From: the human T2T-CHM13v2.0 reference genome, Homo sapiens
NCBI RefSeq assembly: GCF_009914755.1
Contig: NC_060938.1
Strand: one strand, 5' to 3'
Length of the DNA stretch: 64,000 nt
Shown here: positions 55,701 to 64,000 of the stretch, piece after piece
How the letters are laid out: every line of letters begins with the position of its first letter
How positions within the stretch are numbered: position 1 is the first letter of the stretch
Made by a program: the position numbers and the translations under genes
The notes under the pieces: model-generated
The model's input: the letters and a program-made list of their open reading frames with translations, nothing else
Told to the model about the DNA's origin: nothing
The model's database searches: none

Positions 55701-56229
55701 TTAGTTGGTCTGGCTAAAGATTTGTCAATTTTGCTTATCTTTTCAACAAACAAACTTCTTATTTTCTTGATCTTTTGTATTGTTTTCTTCATTTCAATTT
55801 CATTTATTTCTGTTCTAATATTTATTATTAAATTTATTTCACTAATTTTGGATTTCTTTGTTATTGTTGGTCTAATTCTTTATGAGGCATTGTTAGGATG
55901 TTTATTTGAAGTTTTTCTTCGTTTTTGATATAGGCAGTTATAACTATAAACTTTCCTCTTAGTATTGCTTTAGCTGTATCACATAGGTTTTAGTATGATA
56001 TGTTTCCATTATTGTTACATATATATATATACTTTAAGTTCTAGGGTACATGTGCACAACGTGCAGGCTTGTTACATACGTATACATGTGCCATGCTGAC
56101 CTGCCACACCCATCAACCCATCATTTACATTAGGTATTTCTCCTAATGCTATCCCTCCCCCAACCCTCCACCCCACGACAGGCCCCAGTGTGTGATGTTC
56201 CTCACCCTGTGACCAGGTGTTCTCATTGT

Positions 56230-59200
56230 TCAATTCCCACCTATGGGTGAGAACATGCAGTGTTTTGTTTTCTGTCCTTGTGATAGTTTGCTCAGAATGA
56301 TGGTTTCCAGCTTCATCCTTGCCCCTGCAAACGACATGAACTCATCCTTTTTTACTGCTGCATAGTATTCCAGGTTGTATATGTGCCACATTTCCTTTAT
56401 CCAGTCTATCATTGATGGGCATTTGGGTTGGTTCCAAGTCTTTGCTATTGTAAATAGTGCCGCAGTAAACATACGTGTGCATGTGTCTTTACAGTAGCAT
56501 GATTTATAATCCTTTGGGTATATACCCAGTAATGGGATCACTGGGTCAAATGGTATTTCTAGCTGTAGATTCTTGAGGAATCGCCATACTGTCTTCCACA
56601 AAGGTTGAACTAGTTTACACTCCCACCAACAGTGTAAAAGCATTCCTATTTCTCCACATCCTCTCAGCATCTGTTGTTTCCTGACTTTTTAATGATCACC
56701 ATTCTAACTGGCATGAGACAGCATCTCATTGTGGTTTTGATTTGCATTTCTCTGATGACCAGTGACGATGAGCATTTTTTCATGTGTCTGTTGGCTTCAT
56801 AAATGTCTTCTTTTGAGAATTGTCAGTTCATATACTTTGCCCACCTTTTGATGGGGTTATTTGTTTTTTCTTGTAAGTTTGTTTAAGTTCTTTGTAGATT
56901 CTGGATATTAGCCCTTTGTCAGATGGATAGATTGCAAAAATTTTCTCCCATTCTGTAGGTTGCCTGTTCACTCTGATGGTAGTTTCTTTCTCTGTGCAGA
57001 AGCTCTTTCATTTAATTAGATCCCATTGGTCTATTTTGGCTTTTGTTGCCATTGCTTTTGGTGTTTTAGTCATGAATTCCTTGCCCATGCCTATGTGCTG
57101 AATGGTATTGCCTGGGTTTTCTTCTAGGGTTTTTATGGTTTTAGGTCTAACATTTAAGTCTTTAATCTATCTTGAATTAAGTTTTGTGTAAGGTGTAAGG
57201 AAGGGATCCAGTTTCAGCTTTCTACATATGACTAGCCGGTTTTCCCAGCACCATTTATTAAATAGGGAATCCTTTTCCAATTTATTGTTTTTGTCAGGTT
57301 TGTCAAAGACCAGATGGTTGTAGAAGTGTGGTGTTATTTCTGAGGGCTCTGTTCTGTTCCATTGGTCTTTATCTCTATTTTGGTACCAGTACCATGCTGT
57401 TTTTGTTACTGTAGCCTTGTAGTATAGTTTGAAGTCACGTAGAGGGATGCTTCCAGCTTTGTTCTTTTGGCTTAGGATTGGCTTTGCAATATGGGCTCTT
57501 TTTTGGTTCTATATACACTTTAAAGTAGTTTTTTTCCAATTCTGTGAAGAAAATCATTAGTAGTTTGATGGGGATGGCATTGAATCTATAAATTACCTTG
57601 AGCAGTATGGCCATTTTCATGATATTGATTCTTCCTATCCATGAGCATGGAATGTTCTTCCATTTGTTTGTGTCCTTTTTTATTTCATTGAGCAGTGGGT
57701 TGTAGTTCTCCTTGAAGAGGTCCTTCACATCCCTTGTAAGTTGGATTCCTAGGTATTTTATTCTCTTTGAAGCAATTGTGAATGGGAGTTCACTCATGAT
57801 TTGGTTCTCTGTTTGTCTGTTATTGTTGTATAGGAATTCTTGTGATTTTTGCACATTGATTTTGTATCCTGAGACTTTGCTGAAGTTGTTTATCAGCTTA
57901 AGGAGATTTTGGGCTGAGACAATGGGGTTTTCTAGATATACAATCATGTCATCTGCAAACAGGGACAATTTGACTTCCTCTTTTCCTAATTGAATACCCT
58001 TTATTTCTTTCTCTTGCCTGATTGCCCTGGCCAGAACTTCCAACACTATGTTGAATAGGAGTGGTGAGAGAGGGCATCCCTGTCTTGTGCCAGTTTTCAA
58101 AGGGAATGCTTCCAGTTTTTGCCCATTCAGTATGATATTGGCTGTGGGTTTGTCATCGATAGCTCTTATTATTTTGAGATATGTTGCATCAATACCTAGT
58201 TTATTGAGAGTTTTTAGCATGAAGGGCTGTTGAATGTTGTCGAAGGCCTTTTCTGCATCTATTGAGATAATCATGTGGTTTTTGTTGACAGTTCTCTTTA
58301 TGTGACGGATTATGTTTATTGATTTGCATATGTTGAACCAGCCTTGCATTCCAGGGATGAAGCTGACTTGAACGTGGTGGATAAACTTTTTGATGTGCTG
58401 CTGGATTCAGTTTGCCAGTATTTTATTGAGAATATTCACATCGATGTTCATCAGGGATATTGGTCTAAAATTATCTTTTTTTGTTGTGTCTCTGCTAGGC
58501 TTTGGTATCAGGATGATGCTGACCTCATAAAATGAGTTAGGAAGGATTTCCTCTTTTTCTATTGATTGGAATCATTTCAGAAGGAATGGTACCAGCTCCT
58601 CCTTGTACCTCTGGTAGAATTTGGCTGTGACTCCATCTGGTCCTGGACTTTTTTTGGTTGGTACGTTATTAATTATTGCCTCAATTTCAGAGCCTGTTAT
58701 TGGTCTATTCAGAGATTCAGTTTCTTCCTGGTTTAGTCTTGGGAGGGTGTATGTGTCGAGGAATTTATCCGTTTCTTCTAGATTTTCTAGTTTATTTGCC
58801 TAGAGGTGTTTATAGTGTTCTCTGATGGTATTATTTATTTCTGTTGGATTGGTGGTGATATCCCCTTTATCATTTTTTATTACATCTATTTGATTCTTCT
58901 CTCTTTTCTTCTTTATTAGTCTTCCTAGTGGTCTATCAATTTTGTTGATCTTTTCAAAAAACCAGCTCCTGGATTCATTGATTTTTTGAATAGTTTTTTG
59001 TGTCTCTATCTCTTTCACTTCTGCTCTAATCTTAGTTATTTCTTGCCTTCTGCTAGCTTTTGAATGTGTTTGCTCTTGTTTCTCTAATTCTTTTAATTGT
59101 GATGTTAAGGTGTCAATTTTAGATCTTTTCTGCTTTCTCTTGTGGGCATTTAGTGCTATAAATTTCCCTCTACACACTTCTTTAAATTTGTCCCAGAGAT

Positions 59201-60026
59201 TCTGGTGCATGGTGTCTTTGTTTTCATTCATTTCAAAGAACATCTTTATTTGTGCTTTCATTTTGTTATTTACCCAGTAGTGGTTCAGGAACAGATTGTT
59301 CAGTTTCCATGTATTTGTGAGGTTTTGCGTGAGTTTCTTAATACTGAGTCCTAATTTGGTTGCACTGTGGTCTGAGAGACAGTTTGTTGTGATTTCTGTT
59401 CTTTTACATTTGCTGAGCAGTGCTTTACTTCCAACTATGTGGTCAATTTTGGAATAAGTGTGATGTGGTGCTGAGGAGAATGTATACTCTGTTGATTTGG
59501 GGTGGAGAGTTCTGTAGAGCTGAGTTGAAGTCCTGGATATCCTTGTTAACCTTCAGTCTTGTTGATGTGACTAATATTGACAATGGGATGTTAAAGTCTC
59601 CCATTGTTATTGTGTGGGAGACTAAGTCTCTAAGTAGGTCTCTAAGGACTTGCTTTATGAATCTGTGTGCTCCTGTTTTGGGTGCATATATGTTTAGGAT
59701 AGCTAGCTCTTCTTGATCCCTTTACCATTATGTAATGGCTTTCTTTGTCTCTTTTGATCTTTGTTGGTTTAAATTCTGTTTTATCAGAGACTAGGATTGC
59801 AAACCCTGCTTTTTTTTTTTTGCTTTCTATTTGCTTGGTAGATCTTCCTCCATCTCTTTATTTTGAGCCTATGTGTGTCTCTGCACGTGAGATGGGTCTC
59901 CTGAATACAGCACAGTGATGGGTCTTGACTCTTTATCCAATTTGCCAGTCTGTGTCTTCTAATTGGGGCATTTAGCCCACTTACATGTAAGGTTAATATT
60001 GTTATGCGTGAATTTGATCCTGTCAT
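56230..60026 (-). pseudogene. L1 ORF2 (endonuclease/reverse transcriptase), fragmented
   Basis: MTGSNSRITILTL.. (EN), [13 protein letters not shown] and FADDMIVY (RT), ..PIGGN stop; split over several ORFs. Confidence 0.95.
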
Positions 60027-60089
60027 TATGATGTTAGCTGGTTATTTTGCCAGTTGGTTGATGCCGTTTCTTCCTAGCATCGATGGTCT

Positions 60090-61085
60090 TTACAATTTGG
60101 CATGTTTTTGCAGTGGCTGGTACCAGTTGTTCCTTTCCATGTTTAGTGCTTCCTTCAAGAGCTCTTGTAAGTCATGCCTGATGGTAACAAAATCTCTCAG
60201 CATTTGCTTGCCAAGAAGGATTTTATTTCTCCTTCACTTATGAAGCTTAGTTGGTGGGTTGAAAATTCTTTTTTTTAAGAATGTTGAATATTGTCCCCCA
60301 CTCTCTTCTGGCTTGTAGTGTTTCTGCCAAGAGATCTGCTGTTATTCTGATGGGCTTCCCTTTGTGGGTAACCTGACCTTCTCTCTGGCTGCCCTTAACA
60401 TTTTTTCCTACATTTCAACCTTGGTGAATCTGACAATTATGTGTCTTTGGGTTGCTCTTCTCAAGGAGTATCTTTATGGTGTTCTCTGTATTTCCTGAAT
60501 TTGAATTTTGGCCTGTCTTTCTAGATTGGGGAAGGTCTCCTGGATAATATCCTGCGGAGTGTTTTCCAACTTGGTTCCATTCTCCCCATCACTTTCAGGT
60601 ACACCAATCAGACGTAGATGTGGTCTTTTCACATAGTCCCATATTTCTTGAAGGCTATGTTCACTTCTTCTTACTCTTTTTTTCTCTAAACTTCTCTTCT
60701 CACTTTATTTCATTAATTTGATCTTCAGTCACCCTTTCTTCCACTTGATCAAATTGGCTATTGAAGCTTGTGCATGCATCATATAGTTCTTGTAGTTTTC
60801 AGCTCCATCAGGTAATTTAAGGTCTTCTCTACACTGTTTATTCTAGCCATTCATCTAATCTTTTTTCAAGGTTTTTTAGCTTCCTTGCAATGGGTTCGAA
60901 TATCCTCCTTTAGCTTGGAGAAGTTTGCTATTACTGACCTTCTGAAGCCTACTTCTGTTCAGCTCATCAAAGTCATTCTCCATCCAGCTTTGTTCCATTG
61001 CTGGCGAGGAGCTGTGATCCTTTGGAGGAGAAGAGTTGCTCTGGTTTTTAGAATTTTCAGCTTTTCTGCTCTGGTTTCTCCCGAT
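60090..61085 (-). pseudogene. L1 ORF1, start codon mutated (ATG>ATC) and frameshifted
   Basis: Minus strand ATCGGGAGAAACCAGAGCAG at 61085; ..CATGCCAAATTGTAA stop at 60090; no long ORF in the track. Confidence 0.85.
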
Positions 61086-61684
61086 CTTTGTTGTTTTATC
61101 ACCTTTGGTCTATGATGTTGGTGACCTCCAGATGGGGTTTTGGTGTGGATGTCCTTTTTGTTGATGTTGATGCTATTCCTTTCTGTTTGTTAGTTTTCCT
61201 TCTTACAGTCAGGTCCCTCAGCTGAAGGTCTGTTGGAGTTTGCTGGAGGTCCTCTCCATACCCTGTTTGCCTGTGTATCACCAGTGGAAGCTGCAGAACA
61301 GCAAATATTGCAGAACAGCAAATAATGCTGCCTGATCCTTCCTCTGGAAGCTTCATCCCAGAGGGGCACCCGCCTGTATGAGGTGTCAGTTGGCCCCTAC
61401 TGGGAGGTGTCGCCAAGTTAGGCTACACTGGAGTGAGGGACCCACTTGAGGAGGCAGTCTGTCCATTCTCAGAGCTCAAACACCATGCTGGGATAACCAC
61501 TGCTCTCTTCAGAGCTGTCAGACAGGGACGTTTAAGTCTGCAGAAATTTCTGCTGCCTTTTGTTCAGCTATTCCCTGCCCCCAGAGGTGGAATATACACA
61601 GGCAACAGGCCTTGCTGAGCTGTGGCAGGCTCCACCCAGTTCAAGCTTCCCAAGCGGCTTTGTTTACCTACTCAAGCCTCAGCA

Positions 61685-61871
61685 ATGGCAGACACCCACC
61701 CCTTCCCCAGCCAGGCTGCCACCTCACAGTTCGATCTCAGACTGCTGTACTAGCAGTGAGCAAGGCTGCATGGGCATGGGACCTGCTGAGCCAGGCATGG
61801 GATATAATCTTCCAGTGTGCTGTTTGCCAAGATCGTTGGAAAAGTGCAGTATTTGGATGGGAGTGCCCTGA
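61685..61871 (+). pseudogene. L1 antisense ORF0 remnant, frameshifted and truncated
   Basis: PARLPPHSSISDCCTSSEQGCMGMGPAEPGMGY resembles ORF0p; the ATG at 61685 is out of frame with it; TGA at 61869-61871. Confidence 0.65.
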
Positions 61872-62246
61872 TTTTCCAGGTACAGTCTGTCATGGCTTCC
61901 CTTGGCTAGGAAAGTTAAATCCTCCAACCCTTTGTGCTTCCCAGGTGAGGCAATGCCCTGTCCTGTTTCGGCTCACCCTCCCTGGGCTGCATTCACTGTC
62001 CAACCAGTCCCAGTGAGATGAACCAGGCACCTCAATTGGAAATGCAGAAATCACCCGTCTTCTGCGTCGATCATGCTGGGAGCTACAGGCCGGATCTGTT
62101 CCTATTCAGCCATCTTGGAACGGAGCCATTATTGTTTGTTTTAAGAAAATTTTCAATTTCCTTTTCAATTTCTTCATTGACCCACTGGTCATTCAGAAGC
62201 ACATTGTTTAATTTCCACGTATTTGTACAGTTCCCAATATTCCGGC

Positions 62247-62334
62247 AGCTGGGCCCAGTGGCTCATGCCTGTGATCCTAGCACTTTGGGAGGCCAAAGCA
62301 GGAGGATTACTTTGGGCCAGAATTTCAAGACCAG
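62247..62334 (+). mobile_element. Alu left-arm fragment (FLAM/AluJ-like) without tail
   Basis: GCTGGGCCCAGTGGCTCATGCCTGTGATCCTAGCACTTTGGGAGGCC..TTCAAGACCAG, then returns to L1M. Confidence 0.88.
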
Positions 62335-62828
62335 TATTGTGTTCGTTATTAATTTCTAGATTTATTCTATTATAGTCAGAAAAGATACTTGATATTATTT
62401 CAATTTTCTTAATGTTTTAAGACTTGTTTTCTAACCTATATTTTATCCTTGAGAATGATCCATATGTTGAGAAGAATGTGTATTCTGCAGCCATAAGCAG
62501 AAACATTTTTAAAATATCAATTAGATCAATTTGGTCTATAGTGAAGACTAAGTCTGATATTTTATTGTTGATTTTTTATGTAGAAGATCTGTCTGATGCT
62601 GAAAGTGGGGTGTTGAAACCTCCAGTTATTATTGTATTGGACTAATCTCTATCTTTAGCTCTAATAATATTTGCTTTATAAAGCTGTATTTATACAGCTA
62701 CAGTATTGGTTGCATATATATTTATAATTATTATATCCTCTTGTTGAGTTGACCCTTTATTATTACATAATGACCTTCTTTGTTTCTTTGTATAATTTTT
62801 GTCATAAAATCTAATTTGTCTGATAAGC

Positions 62829-63222
62829 TGTATTAGTCCATTTGCACACTACTGGGTAAATTAGTGTGTATTATAGTATACCCAGAATGGGTAATTTACA
62901 AAGAAAAGAGGTTTAATTGACTCACAGTTCTGCATGGCGTGGAAGGCCTCAGGAAACTTACAATCATGGTGGAAGGTGAAAGGGAAACAAAGATCTTCTT
63001 CAGATGGCATCAGGAGAGAGAATAGTGAAGAGCAAAGGGGGAAGAGCCCCTCATTAACCATTATATCTCATGAGAACTCACTAATGATCATGAGAACTGC
63101 ATGGGAGAAACCATGTCTATGATCCAAACACTTCCCACTGGGTTCCTCCCTGGACACATGAGAATTATGGGAATTACAATTTGCGATGAGATTTGAGTGG
63201 AGTCACAGAGCCAAACCATACA
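62829..63222 (-). mobile_element. THE1D/MST-like MaLR LTR
   Basis: TGTATTAGTCC..GAGGTTTAATTGACTCACAGTTC..GATGAGATTTG..GCCAAACCATA. Confidence 0.92.
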
Positions 63223-64000
63223 GTTCTGCCCTTGGCCCCTCCAAAACCTCATGTTCTCACATTTCAAAACACCATCAAGCCTTTCCAACAGTGCCCCAAA
63301 GTTTTAACTTATTCCAGCATTACATTAACCCAAAAGTCCAAGTCCAGTCTAATCTGAGACAAGGCAAGTCCCTTCCATCTATGATACCATAAAATTAAGC
63401 ACAAGTTAGTTCCTTCCAAGATACAATGGAGTTATACAGGCACTAGGTAAATACACCTGTTCTAAATAGGAGAAATTGGCCAAAACAAAGGGGCCACAGG
63501 CCCGTTGCCACTCCTAAATCCAATAGGGCAGTCAATAAATATTAAAGCTCCAAAATCTCCTTTGATTCCATGTCTCACATCCAGGTCATGCTGATACAAG
63601 AGGTGGACTCTCACAGTCTTGGTCATCTTTACCACTGTGGCTTTGCAGCCTCCTGGATGCTTTCACAGGCTTGCATTGAGTGTCTGCAGTTTTTCCAAAT
63701 GCACAGTGAAAACTCTCAATGGATCTACCATTCTGAGGTCTGCAGGATTGTGGTCCTCTTCTCACAGCTCCACTAGGCAGTGCCCCAGTGGGGACTCTGT
63801 GTGGGAGCTCCAACCTCATGTTTCTCTTCTGCAATGCCCTAGCAGAGGTCTTCCCTGAGGGCTCCACTGCTGCAGCAAACTTCTGCCTGAACATGCAAGC
63901 ATTTCCATACATCCTCTGAAATCTAGACAGAGGTTCCCAAACCTCAAATCTTGACTTCTGTGCACCCATAGTCCCAACACCATGTGGAAGCCACCAAGGC
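63223..64000 (-). mobile_element. THE1/MST internal sequence (runs off the window)
   Basis: TTCTGCCCTTGGCCCCTCC..CCAAAAGTCCAAGTCC..CTCCACTAGGCAGTGCCCCAGTGGGGACTCTGTGTGGG MaLR-int signature. Confidence 0.92.

Larger units (their letters stand above)
56017..62125 (-). mobile_element. Full-length LINE-1, L1PA6/7-like (~6.1 kb), inactive
   Basis: 5'UTR with YY1 site (GCCATCTTG 62109-62117), ORF1, ORF2, 3'UTR; tail decayed to (TA)n; TSD CCATTATTGTT at 56006-56016 and 62126-62136. Confidence 0.97.

Noticed and set aside
57435-58349. 304-aa ORF with a reverse transcriptase domain, the longest in the window
   Set aside because: Ordinary fragment of a broken L1 ORF2, not a novel RT system
61292-61330. 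GCAGAACAGCAAATA duplicated in the L1 5'UTR
   Set aside because: As recalled, a feature of L1PA6/7-type consensus rather than locus-specific
62018-62359. 113-aa ORF crossing L1 5' end, L1M and Alu
   Set aside because: Chimeric chance frame across three repeats
63586-63969. 127-aa minus-strand ORF
   Set aside because: MaLR (THE1/MST) internal sequence remnant

Overview
Primate genomic DNA, most likely human or great ape (AluY, L1PA3-like and HERV-H/LTR7 elements are present). It is AT-rich and intergenic or intronic, with no credible host protein-coding exon, RNA gene or CRISPR array. The left ~40 kb mixes unique sequence with old L2, MIR, MaLR and DNA-transposon relics plus Alus and truncated L1s. 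The right ~24 kb is almost entirely transposon-derived. It holds a complete two-LTR HERV-H provirus (42571-48047, TSD GTCTC, tRNA-His PBS), MER1B nested in MER2, three nested ERV1 LTRs, and an old L1MA interrupted by AluY, a full-length L1PA6/7, a tailless Alu and a THE1 element. Every long ORF I could assign derives from L1, HERV-H, Alu or MaLR/LTR sequence. The strongest observations are an L1 3' transduction bounded by a 19-bp TSD (28005-28587), and the HERV-H 5' LTR/leader, which has pluripotency-type motifs, a weakened splice donor and an ESRG-like ORF with an AUGA stop/start overlap. Three candidate non-coding exons were also seen. I found no convincing evidence of a wholly new biological system. 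Subfamily names come from recalled consensus sequences, and the boundaries of old repeats are approximate.
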